From positions 735 to 64,734 of the forward strand of contig JBHGNT010000149.1 in NCBI GenBank assembly GCA_043228905.1: a stretch of DNA of 64,000 nucleotides, given 5' to 3'. The position numbers were made by a program, and so were the translations under genes. The DNA is from Azolla caroliniana (taxonomy: Eukaryota; Plantae; Polypodiophyta). Of the stretch, positions 29,201 to 43,200 are shown piece after piece; the stretch's first letter is position 1; the number at the start of each line of letters is the position of its first letter. The notes under the pieces were generated by a model that was not told where the DNA came from, did not search any database, and worked only from the letters and a program-made list of their open reading frames with translations.

Positions 29201-32200
29201 AACATGCGAATCGAAGCTAACAACGCTAGCTATGACATGGTATTAAAAAATCAAGATTTTGAAACTCAGGTCGAGAGACATGAAGAAATTAGCAATCTTG
29301 AGGAGGGAGTTGAGAGGAGCCCTTGAGTAAATTAAAATGTTCATACCTGGCTCGTGTGATATCGGTTTTTTGTGTTCAAACATGCGAATCGAAGCTAAAA
29401 ACGCTAGCTATGATATGGTATTCAAAAATCATGATTTCGAAATTGAGGTCGAGAGACATGAAGAAATTAGCAATCTTGAGGAGGGAGTTGAGAGGAGCCC
29501 TTGAGTACATTAAAATGTTCATACCTGGCTCGTGTGATATCGGATTTTTGTGTTCAAACATGCGAATCGAAGCTAACAACGCTAGCTATTATATGGAACT
29601 AAAAAATCAAGATTTTGAAACTCAGGTCCAGAAATATGAAGAAATTAGCAATCTTGAGGAGGGAGTTGAGAGGAGCCCTTGAGTACATTAAAATGTTCAT
29701 ACCTGGCGCGTGTGATATCTGATTTTTGTGTTCAAACATGCGAATCGAAGCTAACAACGCTAGCTATTATATGGAACTAAAAAGTCAAGATTTTGAAACT
29801 CAGGTCGAGAGATATGAAGAAATTAGCAATCTTGAGGAGGGAGTTGAGAGGAGCCCTTGAGTACATTAAAATGTTCATACCTGGCGCGTGTGATATCGGA
29901 TTTTTGTGTTCAGACATGCGAATCGAAGCTAACAACGCTAGCTATTCTATGGAACTAAAAAATCAAGATTTTGAAATTGAGGTCGAGAGACATGAAGAAA
30001 TTAGCAATCTTGAGGAGGGAGTTGAGAGGAGCCCTTGAGTATATTAAAATGTTTGTACCTGGCTCGTGTGATATCGGATTTTTGTGTTCAAACATGCGAA
30101 TCGAAGCTAACAACGCTAGCTATGACATGGTATTAAAAAATCAAGATTTTGACACTCAGGTTGAGAGACATGACGAAATTAGCAATCTTGAGGAGGGAGT
30201 TGAGAGGAGCCCTTGAGTAAATTAAAATGTTCATACCTGGCGCGTGTGATATCGGATGTTTGTGTTCAAACATGCGAATCGAAGCTAACAACGCTAGCTA
30301 TGACATGGTATTAAAAAATCAAGATTTTGAAACTCAAGTCGAGAGACATAACGAAATTACCTAATTTGAGGAGTGAGTTGAGAAGACCTAGTAGGTAAAT
30401 TAAAATGTTCAGACCTGGCTCGTGTGATATCGGATTTTTGTGTTCAAACATGCGAATCGAAGCTAACAACGCTAGTTATTCTATGGAACTAAAAAATCAA
30501 GATTTTGAAACTCAGGTCGAGAGACATGAAGAAATTACCTAATTTGAGGAGTGAGTTGAGAAGACCTAGTAGGTAAATTAAAATGTTCATACCTGGCTCG
30601 TGTGATATCGGATTTTTGTGTTCAAACATGCGAATCGAAGCTAACAACGCTAGTTATTCTATGGAACTAAAAAATCAAGATTTTGAAACTCAGGTCGAGA
30701 GACATGAAGAAATTAGCAATCTTGAGGAGGGAGTTGAGACGACCTAGTAGGTAAATTAAAATGTTCATACCTGGCTCGTGTGATATCGGATTTTTGTGTT
30801 CAAACATGCGAATCAAAGCTAACAACGCTAGCTATGATATGGAACTAAAAAATCAAGATTTTGAAACTCAGGTCGAGAGATATGAAGAAATTAGCAATCT
30901 TGAGGAGGGAGTTGAGAGGAGCCCTTGAGTACATTAAAATGTTCATACCTGGCTCGTGTGATATCGGATTTTTGTGTTCAAACATGCGAATCGAAGCTAA
31001 CAACGCTAGCTATTATATGGAACTAAAAAATCAAGATTTTGAAACTCAGGTCCAGAAATATGAAGAAATTAGCAATCTTGAGGAGGGAGTTGAGAGGAGC
31101 CCTTGAGTACATTAAAATGTTCATACCTGGCTCGTGTGATATCGGATTTTTGTGTTCAAACATGCGAATCGAAGCTAACAACAGTAGCTATTATATGGAA
31201 CTAAAAAATCAAGATTTTGAAATTGAGGTCGAGAGACATGAAGAAATTAGCAATCTTGAGGAGGGGGTTGAGAGGAGCCCTTGAGTATATTAAAATGTTT
31301 ATACCTGGCTCGTGTGATATCGGATTTCTGTGTTCAAACATGCGAATCGAAGCTAACAACGCTAGCTATGACATGGTATTAAAAAATCAAGATTTTGACA
31401 CTCAGGTCGAGAGACATGACGAAATTAGCAATCTTGAGGAGGGAGTTGAGAGGAGCCCTTGAGTAAATTAAAATGTTCATACCTGGCGCGTGTGATATCG
31501 GATGTTTGTGTTCAAACATGCGAATCGAAGCTAACAACGCTAGCTATTCTATGGAACTAAAAAATTAAGATTTTGAAACTCAGGTCGAGAGATATGAAGA
31601 AATTAGCAATCTTGAGGAGGGAGTTGAGAGGAGCCCTTGAGTACATTAAAATGTTCATACCTGGCGCGTGTGATATCGGATTTTTGTGTTCAGACATGCG
31701 AATCGAAGCTAACAACGCTAGCTATTCTATGGAACTAAAAAATCAAGATTTTGAAATTGAGGTCGAGAGACATGAAGAAATTAGCAATCTTGAGGAGGGA
31801 GTTGAGAGGAGCCCTTGAGTATATTAAAATGTTTATACCTGGCTCGTGTGATATCGGATTTTTGTGTTCAAACATGCGAATCGAAGCTAACAACGCTAGC
31901 TATGACATGGTATTAAAAAATCAAGATTTTGACACTCAGGTCGAGAGACATGACGAAATTAGCAATCTTGAGGAGGGAGTTGAGAGGAGCCCTTGAGTAA
32001 ATTAAAATGTTCATACCTGGCGCGTGTGATATCGGATGTTTGTGTTCAAACATGCGAATCGAAGCTAACAACGCTAGCTATGACATGGTATTAAAAAATC
32101 AAGATTTTGAAACTCAAGTCGAGAGACATAACGAAATTACCTAATTTGAGGAGTGAGTTGAGAAGACCTAGTAGGTAAATTAAAATGTTCATACCTGGCT

Positions 32201-34125
32201 CGTGTGATATCGGATTTTTGTGTTCAAACATGCGAATCGAAGCTAACAACGCTAGTTATTCTATGGAACTAAAAAATCAAGATTTTGAAACTCAGGTCGA
32301 GAGACATGAAGAAATTAGCAATCTTGAGGAGGGAGTTGAGACAACCTAGTAGGTAAATTAAAATGTTCATACCTGGCTCGTGTGATATCGGATTTTTGTG
32401 TTCAAACATGCGAATCAAAGCTAACAACGCTAGCTATGATATGGAACTAAAAAATCAAGATTTTGAAACTCAGGTCGAGAGATATGAAGAAATTAGCAAT
32501 CTTGAGGAGGGAGTTGAGAGGAGCCCTTGAGTACATTAAAATGTTCATACCTGGCTCGTGTGATATCGGATTTTTGTGTTCAAACATGCGAATCGAAGCT
32601 AACAACGCTAGCTATTATATGGAACTAAAAAATCAAGATTTTGAAACTCAGGTCCAGAAATATGAAGAAATTAGCAATCTTGAGGAGGGAGTTGAGAGGA
32701 GCCCTTGAGTACATTAAAATGTTCATACCTGGCTCGTGTGATATCGGATTTTTGTGTTCAAACATGTGAATCGAAGCTAACAACGCTAGCTATTCTATGG
32801 AACTAAAAAATTAAGATTTTGAAACTCAGGTCGAGAGATATGAAGAAATTAGCAATCTTGAGGAGGGAGTTGAGAGGAGCCCTTGAGTACATTAAAATGT
32901 TCATACCTGGCGCGTGTGATATCGGATTTTTGTGTTCAAACATGCGAATCGAAGCTAACAACAGTAGCTATTATATGGAACTAAAAAATCAAGATTTTGA
33001 AACTCAGGTCCAGAAATATGAAGAAATTAGCAATCTTGAGGAGGGAGTTGAGAGGAGCCCTTGAGTACATTAAAATGTTCATACCTGGCGCGTGTGATAT
33101 CTGATTTTTGTGTTCAAACATGCGAATCGAAGCTAACAACGCTAGCTATTATATGGAACTAAAAAGTCAAGATTTTGAAACTCAGGTCGAGAGATATGAA
33201 GAAATTAGCAATCTTGAGGAGGGAGTTGAGAGGAGCCCTTGAGTACATTAAAATGTTCATACCTGGCTCGTGTGATATCGGATTTTTGTGTTCAAACATG
33301 CGAATCAAAGCTAACAACGCTAGCTATGATATGGAACTAAAAAATCAAGATTTTGAAACTCAGGTCGAGAGATATGAAGAAATTAGCAATCTTGAGGAGG
33401 GAGTTGAGAGGAGCCCTTGAGTACATTAAAATGTTCATACCTGGCTCGTGTGATATCGGATTTTTGTGTTCAAACATGCGAATCGAAGCTAACAATGCTA
33501 GCTATGACATGGTATTAAAAAATCAAGATTTTGAAACTCAAGTCGAGAGATATGAAGAAATTAGCAATCTTGAGGAGGGAGTTGAGAGGAGCCCTTGAGT
33601 AAATTAAAATGTTCATACCTGGCTCGTGTGATATCGGATTTTTGTGTTCAAACATGCGAATCGAAGCTAACAATGCTAGCTATGACATGGTATTAAAAAA
33701 TCAAGATTTTGAAACTCAGGTCGAGAGATATGAAGAAATTAGCAATCTTGAGGAGGGAGTTGAGAGGAGCCCTTGGGTAAATTAAAATGTTCATACCTGG
33801 CTCGTGTGATATCGGATTTTTGTGTTCAAACATGCGAATCGAAGCTAACAACGCTAGCTATGATATGGTATTAAAAAATCATGATTTTGAAACTCAGGTC
33901 GAGAGACATGACGAAATTAGCAATCTTGAGGAGGGAGTTGAGAGGAGCCCTTGAGTATATTAAAATGTTCATACCTGGCGCGTGTGATATCGGATTTTTG
34001 TGTTCCAACATGCGAATCGAAGCTAACAACGCTAGCTATGACATGGTATTAAAAAATCAAGATTTTGAAACTCAGGTCGAGAGACATGAAGAAATTAGCA
34101 ATCTTGAGGAGGGAGTTGAGAGGAG

Positions 34126-34253
34126 CCCTAAACCCTAAACCCTAAACCTAAACCCTAAACCCTAAACCCTAAACCCTAAACCCTAAACCCTAAACCCTAA
34201 ACCCTAAACCCTAAACCCTAAACCCTAAACCCTAAACCCTAAACCCTAAACCC
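34126..34253 (-). repeat. Interstitial telomeric sequence (ITS), (CCCTAAA)18+CCC, inverted relative to the terminal telomere
   Basis: Seventeen perfect CCCTAAA units, one CCTAAA variant (34147-34152) and a final CCC; 128 bp in total. It reads (TTTAGGG)n on the minus strand. Left junction is gaggagCCCT|aaa and right junction is aaaccC|atggtatt. Confidence 0.99.
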
Positions 34254-37200
34254 ATGGTATTAAAAAATCAAGATTTTGAAACTCAAGTCGAGAGATATGA
34301 AGAAATTAGCAATCTTGAGGAGGGAGTTGAGAGGAGCCCTTGAGTACATTAAAATGTTCATACCTGGCGCGTGTGATATCGGTTTTTTGTGTTCAAACAT
34401 GCGAATCGAAGCTAACAACGCTAGCTATTATATGGAACTAAAAAATCAAGATTTTGAAACTCAGGTCCAGAAATATGAAGAAATTAGCAATCTTGAGGAG
34501 GGAGTTGAGAGGAGCCCTTGAGTACATTAAAATGTTCATACCTGGCTCGTGTGATATCGGATTTTTGTGTTCAAACATGCGAATCGAAGCTAACAATGCT
34601 AGCTATGACATGGTATTAAAAAATCAAGATTTTGAAACTCAAGTCGAGAGATATGAAGAAATTAGCAATCTTGAGGAGGGAGTTGAGAGGAGCCCTTGAG
34701 TAAATTAAAATGTTCATACCTGGCTCGTGTGATATCGGATTTTTGTGTTCAACCATGCGAATCAAAGCTAACAACGCTACCTATGATATGGAACTAAAAA
34801 ATCATGATTTTGAAACTCAGGTCAAGAGATATGAAGAAATTAGCAATGTTGAGGAGGGAGTTGAGAGGAGCCCTTGAGTACATTAAAATGTTCATACCTG
34901 GCGCGTGTGATATCGGATTTTTGTGTTCAGACATGCGAATCGAAGCTAACAACGCTAGCTATTCTATGGAACTAAAAAATCATGATTTTGAAACTCAGGT
35001 CAAGAGATATGAAGAAATTAGCAATGTTGAGGAGGGAGTTGAGAGGAGCCCTTGAGTACATTAAAATGTTCATACCTGACGAAATTACCTAATTTGAGGA
35101 GGGAGTTGAGACGACCTAGTAGGTAAATTAAAATGTTCATACCTGGCTCGTGTGATATCGGATTTTTGTGTTCAAACATGCGAATCGAAGCTAACAATGC
35201 TAGCTATGACATGGTATTAAAAAATCAAGATTTTGAAACTCAAGTCGAGAGATATGAAGAAATTAGCAATCTTGAGGAGGGAGTTGAGAGGAGCCCTTGA
35301 GTAAATTAAAATGTTCATACCTGGCTCGTGTGATATCGGATTTTTGTGTTCAACCATGCGAATCAAAGCTAACAACGCTACCTATGATATGGAACTAAAA
35401 AATCATGATTTTGAAACTCAGGTCAAGAGATATGAAGAAATTAGCAATGTTGAGGAGGGAGTTGAGAGGAGCCCTTGAGTACATTAAAATGTTCATACCT
35501 GGCGCGTGTGATATCTGATTTTTGTGTTCAAACATGCGAATCGAAGCTAACAACGCTAGCTATTATATGGAACTAAAAAGTCAAGATTTTGAAACTCAGG
35601 TCGAGAGATATGAAGAAATTAGCAATCTTGAGGAGGGAGTTGAGAGGAGCCCTTGAGTACATTAAAATGTTCATACCTGGCGCGTGTGATATCGGATTTT
35701 TGTGTTCAGACATGCGAATCGAAGCTAACAACGCTAGCTATTCTATGGAACTAAAAAATCAAGATTTTGAAATTGAGGTCGAGAGACATGAAGAAATTAG
35801 CAATCTTGAGGAGGGAGTTGAGAGGAGCCCTTGAGTATATTAAAATGTTTATACCTGGCTCGTGTGATATCGGATTTTTGTGTTCAAACATGCGAATCGA
35901 AGCTAACAACGCTAGCTATGACATGGTATTAAAAAATCAAGATTTTGACACTCAGGTCGAGAGACATGACGAAATTAGCAATCTTGAGGAGGGAGTTGAG
36001 AGGAGCCCTTGAGTAAATTAAAATGTTCATACCTGGCGCGTGTGATATCGGATGTTTGTGTTCAAACATGCGAATCGAAGCTAACAACGTTAGCTATGAC
36101 ATGGTATTAAAAAATCAAGATTTTGAAACTCAAGTCGAGAGACATAACGAAATTACCTAATTTGAGGAGTGAGTTGAGAAGACCTAGTATGTAAATTAAA
36201 ATGTTCATACCTGGCTCGTGTGATATCGGATTTTTGTGTTCAAACATGCGAATCGAAGCTAACAACGCTAGCTATTCTATGGAACTAAAAAATCAAGATT
36301 TTGAAACTCAGGTCGAGAGATATGAAGAAATTAGCAATCTTGAGGAGGGAGTTGAGAGGAGCCCTTGAGTACATTAAAATGTTCATACCTGGCGCGTGTG
36401 ATATCTGATTTTTGTGTTCAAACATGCGAATCGAAGCTAACAACGCTAGCTATTATATGGAACTAAAAAGTCAAGATTTTGAAACTCAGGTCGAGAGATA
36501 TGAAGAAATTAGCAATCTTGAGGAGGGAGTTGAGAGGAGCCCTTGAGTACATTAAAATGTTCATACCTGGCGCGTGTGATATCGGATTTTTGTGTTCAAA
36601 CATGCGAATCGAAGCTAACAACACTAGCTATTCTATGGAACTAAAAAATCAAGATTTTGAAACTCAGGTCGAGAGATATGAAGAAATTAGCAATCTTGAG
36701 GAGGGAGTTGAGAGGAGCCCTTGAGTACATTAAAATGTTCATACCTGGCTCGTGTGATATCGGATTTTTGTGTTCAAACATGCGAATCGAAGCTAACAAT
36801 GCTAGCTATGACATGGTATTAAAAAATCATGATTTTGAAACTCAGGTCGAGAGATATGAAGAAATTAGCAATCTTGAGGAGGGAGTTGAGAGGAGCCCTT
36901 GAGTACATTAAAATGTTCAGACCTGGCGCGTGTGATATCGGATTTTTGTGTTCAAACATGCGAATCGAAGCTAACAACGCTAGCTATTATATGGAACAAC
37001 GCTAGCTATTCATGATTTTGAAACTCAGGTCGAGAGACATGACGAATTTACCAAATTGGAGGAGGGAGTTGAGAGGAGCCCTTGAGTATATTAAAATGTT
37101 CATACCTGGCGCGTGTGATATCGGATTTTTGTGTTCCAACATGCGAATCGAAGCTAACAACGCTAGCTATGACATGCTATTAAAAAATCAAGATTTTGAA

Positions 37201-40200
37201 ACTCAAGTCGAGAGACATGACGAAATTACCTAATTTGAGGAGGGAGTTGAGACGAGCCCTTGAGTACATTAAAATGTTCATACCTGGCTCGTGTGATATC
37301 GGATTTTTGTGTTCAAACATGCGAATGGAAGCTAACAACGCTAGCTATGACATGGTATTAAAAAATCAAGATTTTGAAACTCAAGTCGAGAGATATGAAG
37401 AAATTAGCAATCTTGAGGAGGGAGTTGAGAGGAGCCCTTGAGTAAATTAAAATGTTCATACCTGGCTCGTGTGATATCGGATTTTTGTGTTCAACCATGC
37501 GAATCAAAGCTAACAACGCTACCTATGATATGGAACTAAAAAATCAAGATTTTGAAACTCAGGTCAAGAGATATGAAGAAATTAGCAATGTTGAGGAGGG
37601 AGTTGAGAGGAGCCCTTGAGTACATTAAAATGTTCATACCTGGCTCGTGTGATATCGGATTTTTGTGTTCAAACATGCGAATCGAAGCTAACAATGCTAG
37701 CTATGACATGGTATTAAAAAATCAAGATTTTGAAACTCAAGTCGAGAGACATGACGAAATTACCTAATTTGAGGAGGGAGTTGAGACGACCTAGTAGGTA
37801 AATTAAAATGTTCATACCTGGCTCGTGTGATATCGGATTTTTGTGTTCAAACATGCGAATCAAAGCTAACAACGCTAGCTATGATATGGAACTAAAAAAT
37901 CAAGATTTTGAAACTCAGGTCGAGAGATATGAAGAAATTAGCAATCTTGAGGAGGGAGTTGAGAGGAGCCCTTGAGTACATTAAAATGTTCATACCTGGC
38001 GCGTGTGATATCGTATTTTTGTGTTCAAACATGCGAATCGAAGCTAACAACGCTAGCTATTATATGGAACTAAAAAATCAAGATTTTGAAACTCAGGTCC
38101 AGAAATATGAAGAAATTAGCAATCTTGAGGAGGGAGTTGAGAGGAGCCCTTGAGTACATTAAAATGTTCATACCTGGCTCGTGTGATATCGGATTTTTGT
38201 GTTCAAACATGCGAATCGAAGCTAACAATGCTAGCTATGACATGGTATTAAAAAATCAAGATTTTGAAACTCAAGTCGAGAGACATGACGAAATTACCTA
38301 ATTTGAGGAGGGAGTTGAGACGACCTAGTAGGTAAATTAAAATGTTCATACCTGGCTCGTGTGATATCGGATTTTTGTGTTCAAACATGCGAATCAAAGC
38401 TAACAACGCTAGCTATGATATGGAACTAAAAAATCAAGATTTTGAAACTCAGGTCGAGAGATATGAAGAAATTAGCAATCTTGAGGAGGGAGTTGAGAGG
38501 AGCCCTTGAGTACATTAAAATGTTCATACCTGGCTCGTGTGATATCGGATTTTTGTGTTCAAACATGCGAATCGAAGCTAACATTGCTAGCTATGACATG
38601 GTATTAAAAAATCAAGATTTTGAAACTCAAGTCGAGAGATATGAAGAAATTAGCAATCTTGAGGAGGGAGTTGAGAGGAGCCCTTGCGTAAATTAAAATG
38701 TTCATACCTGGCTCGTGTGATATCGGATTTTTGTGTTCAAACATGCGAATCGAAGCTAACAATGCTAGCTATGACATGGTATTAAAAAATCAAGATTTTG
38801 AAACTCAGGTCGAGAGATATGAAGAAATTAGCAATCTTGAGGAGGGAGTTGAGAGGAGCCCTTGAGTAAATTAAAATGTTCATACCTGGCTCGTGTGATA
38901 TCGGATTTTTGTGTTCAAACATGCGAATCGAAGCTAACAACGCTAGCTATGATATGGTATTAAAAAATCATGATTTTGAAACTCAGGTCGAGAGACATGA
39001 CGAAATTACCAAATTGGAGGAGGGAGTTGAGAGGAGCCCTTGAGTATATTAAAATGTTCATACCTGGCGCGTGTGATATCGGATTTTTGTGTTCCAACAT
39101 GCGAATCGAAGCTAACAACGCTAGCTATGACATGGTATTAAAAAATCAAGATTTTGAAACTCAGGTCGAGAGACATGAAGAAATTAGCAATCTTGAGGAG
39201 GGAGTTGAGAGGAGCCCTTGAGTAAATTAAAATGTTCATACCTGGCTCGTGTGATATCGGTTTTTTGTGTTCAAACATGCGAATCGAAGCTAAAAACGCT
39301 AGCTATGATATGGTATTCAAAAATCATGATTTCGAAATTGAGGTCGAGAGACATGAAGAAATTAGCAATCTTGAGGAGGGAGTTGAGAGGAGCCCTTGAG
39401 TACATTAAAATGTTCATACCTGGCTCGTGTGATATCGGATTTTTGTGTTCAAACATGCGAATCGAAGCTAACAACGCTAGCTATTATATGGAACTAAAAA
39501 ATCAAGATTTTGAAACTCAGGTCCAGAAATATGAAGAAATTAGCAATCTTGAGGAGGGAGTTGAGAGGAGCCCTTGAGTACATTAAAATGTTCATACCTG
39601 GCTCGTGTGATATCGGATTTTTGTGTTCAAACATGTGAATCGAAGCTAACAACGCTAGCTATTCAATGGAACTAAAAAATCAAGATTTTGAAACTCAGGT
39701 CGAGAGATATGAAGAAATTAGCAATCTTGAGGAGGGAGTTGAGAGGAGCCCTTGAGTACATTAAAATGTTCATACCTGGCGCGTGTGATATCTGATTTTT
39801 GTGTTCAAACATGCGAATCGAAGCTAACAACGCTAGCTATTATATGGAACTAAAAAGTCAAGATTTTGAAACTCAGGTCGAGAGATATGAAGAAATTAGC
39901 AATCTTGAGGAGGGAGTTGAGAGGAGCCCTTGAGTACATTAAAATGTTCATACCTGGCGCGTGTGATATCGGATTTTTGTGTTCAGACATGCGAATCGAA
40001 GCTAACAACGCTAGCTATTCTATGGAACTAAAAAATCAAGATTTTGAAATTGAGGTCGAGAGACATGAAGAAATTAGCAATCTTGAGGAGGGAGTTGAGA
40101 GGAGCCCTTGAGTATATTAAAATGTTTATACCTGGCTCGTGTGATATCGGATTTTTGTGTTCAAACATGCGAATCGAAGCTAACAACGCTAGCTATGACA

Positions 40201-43200
40201 TGGTATTAAAAAATCAAGATTTTGACACTCAGGTCGAGAGACATGACGAAATTAGCAATCTTGAGGAGGGAGTTGAGAGGAGCCCTTGAGTAAATTAAAA
40301 TGTTCATACCTGGCGCGTGTGATATCGGATGTTTGTGTTCAAACATGCGAATCGAAGCTAACAACGTTAGCTATGACATGGTATTAAAAAATCAAGATTT
40401 TGAAACTCAAGTCGAGAGACATAACGAAATTACCTAATTTGAGGAGTGAGTTGAGAAGACCTAGTATGTAAATTAAAATGTTCATACCTGGCTCGTGTGA
40501 TATCGGATTTTTGTGTTCAAACATGCGAATCGAAGCTAACAACGCTAGCTATTCTATGGAACTAAAAAATCAAGATTTTGAAACTCAGGTCGAGAGATAT
40601 GAAGAAAATAGCAATCTTGAGGAGGGAGTTGAGAGGAGCCCTTGAGTACATTAAAATGTTCATACCTGGCGCGTGTGATATCTGATTTTTGTGTTCAAAC
40701 ATGCGAATCGAAGCTAACAACGCTAGCTATTATATGGAACTAAAAAGTCAAGATTTTGAAACTCAGGTCGAGAGATATGAAGAAATTAGCAATCTTGAGG
40801 AGGGAGTTGAGAGGAGCCCTTGAGTACATTAAAATGTTCATACCTGGCGCGTGTGATATCGGATTTTTGTGTTCAAACATGCGAATCGAAGCTAACAACA
40901 CTAGCTATTCTATGGAACTAAAAAATCAAGATTTTGAAACTCAGGTCGAGAGATATGAAGAAATTAGCAATCTTGAGGAGGGAGTTGAGAGGAGCCCTTG
41001 AGTACATTAAAATGTTCATACCTGGCTCGTGTGATATCGGATTTTTGTGTTCAAACATGCGAATCGAAGCTAACAATGCTAGCTATGACATGGTATTAAA
41101 AAATCATGATTTTGAAACTCAGGTCGAGAGATATGAAGAAATTAGCAATCTTGAGGAGGGAGTTGAGAGGAGCCCTTGAGTACATTAAAATGTTCAGACC
41201 TGGCGCGTGTGATATCGGATTTTTGTGTTCAAACATGCGAATCGAAGCTAACAACGCTAGCTATTATATGGAACAACGCTAGCTATTCATGATTTTGAAA
41301 CTCAGGTCGAGAGACATGACGAAATTACCAAATTGGAGGAGGGAGTTGAGAGGAGCCCTTGAGTATATTAAAATGTTCATACCTGGCGCGTGTGATATCG
41401 GATTTTTGTGTTCCAACATGCGAATCGAAGCTAACAACGCTAGCTATGACATGCTATTAAAAAATCAAGAATTTGAAACTCAAGTCGAGAGACATGACGA
41501 AATTACCTAATTTGAGGAGGGAGTTGAGACGAGCCCTTGAGTACATTAAAATGTTCATACCTGGCTCGTGTGATATCGGATTTTTGTGTTCAAACATGCG
41601 AATGGAAGCTAACAATGCTAGCTATGACATGGTATTAAAAAATCAAGATTTTGAAACTCAAGTCGAGAGATATGAAGAAATTAGCAATCTTGAGGAGGGA
41701 GTTGAGAGGAGCCCTTGAGTAAATTAAAATGTTCATACCTGGCTCGTGTGATATCGGATTTTTGTGTTCAACCATGCGAATCAAAGCTAACAACGCTACC
41801 TATGATATGGAACTAAAAAATCATGATTTTGAAACTCAGGTCAAGAGATATGAAGAAATTAGCAATGTTGAGGAGGGAGTTGAGAGGAGCCCTTGAGTAC
41901 ATTAAAATGTTCATACCTGGCGCGTGTGATATCGGATTTTTGTGTTCAGACATGCGAATCGAAGCTAACAACGCTAGCTATTCTATGGAACTAAAAAATC
42001 AAGATTTTGAAATTGAGGTCGAGAGACATGAAGAAATTAGCAATCTTGAGGAGGGAGTTGAGAGGAGCCCTTGAGTACATTAAAATGTTCATACCTGGCG
42101 CGTGTGATATCTGATTTTTGTGTTCAAACATGCGAATCGAAGCTAACAACGCTAGCTATTATATGGAACTAAAAAGTCAAGATTTTGAAACTCAGGTCGA
42201 GAGATATGAAGAAATTAGCAATCTTGAGGAGGGACTTGAGAGGAGCCCTTGAGTACATTAAAATGTTCATACCTGGCTCGTGTGATATCGGATTTTTGTG
42301 TTCAAACATGCGAATCAAAGCTAACAACGCTAGCTATTCTATGGAACTAAAAAATCAAGATTTTGAAACTCAGGTCGAGAGATATGAAGAAATTAGCAAT
42401 CTTGAGGAGGGAGTTGAGAGGAGCCCTTGAGTACATTAAAATGTTCATACCTGGCTCGTGTGATATCGGATTTTTGTGTTCAAACATGCGAATCGAAGCT
42501 AACAATGCTAGCTATGACATGGTATTAAAAAATCATGATTTTGAAACTCAGGTCGAGAGATATGAAGAAATTAGCAATCTTGAGGAGGGAGTTGAGAGGA
42601 GCCCTTGAGTACATTAAAATGTTCAGACCTGGCGCGTGTGATATCGGATTTTTGTGTTCAAACATGCGAATCGAAGCTAACAACGCTAGCTATTATATGG
42701 AACAACGCTAGCTATTCATGATTTTGAAACTCAGGTCGAGAGACATGACGAAATTACCAAATTGGAGGAGGGAGTTGAGAGGAGCCCTTGAGTATATTAA
42801 AATGTTCATACCTGGCGCGTGTGATATCGGATTTTTGTGTTCCAACATGCGAATCGAAGCTAACAACGCTAGCTATGACATGCTATTAAAAAATCAAGAA
42901 TTTGAAACTCAAGTCGAGAGACATGACGAAATTACCTAATTTGAGGAGGGAGTTGAGACGAGCCCTTGAGTACATTAAAATGTTCATACCTGGCTCGTGT
43001 GATATCGGATTTTTGTGTTCAAACATGCGAATGGAAGCTAACAATGCTAGCTATGACATGGTATTAAAAAATCAAGATTTTGAAACTCAAGTCGAGAGAT
43101 ATGAAGAAATTAGCAATCTTGAGGAGGGAGTTGAGAGGAGCCCTTGAGTAAATTAAAATGTTCATACCTGGCTCGTGTGATATCGGATTTTTGTGTTCAA

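Larger units (their letters stand above)
1..34129 (+). repeat. 178-bp tandem satellite array, proximal part (telomere-associated; family not identified)
   Basis: Monomer at 1-178: AGATTTTGAAACTCAGGTCGAGAGATATGAAGAAATTAGCAATCTTGAGGAGGGAGTTGAGAGGAGCCCTTGAGTACATTAAAATGTTCATACCTGGCGCGTGTGATATCGGATTTTTGTGTTCAAACATGCGAATCGAAGCTAACAACGCTAGCTATTATATGGAACTAAAAAATCA. It repeats head-to-tail with a 178-bp period (repeat-derived ORF starts at 6 and 184, 1853 and 2031, etc.). Monomers differ mostly by a limited set of shared substitutions. The array continues beyond the left edge of the window. Confidence 0.99.

Noticed and set aside
34126-34253. ITS as a head-to-head telomere fusion, inversion breakpoint or transposon footprint
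   Set aside because: Only one telomere orientation is present (no TTTAGGG-CCCTAAA switch), the satellite has the same orientation on both sides, and there are no terminal repeats or target-site duplication.
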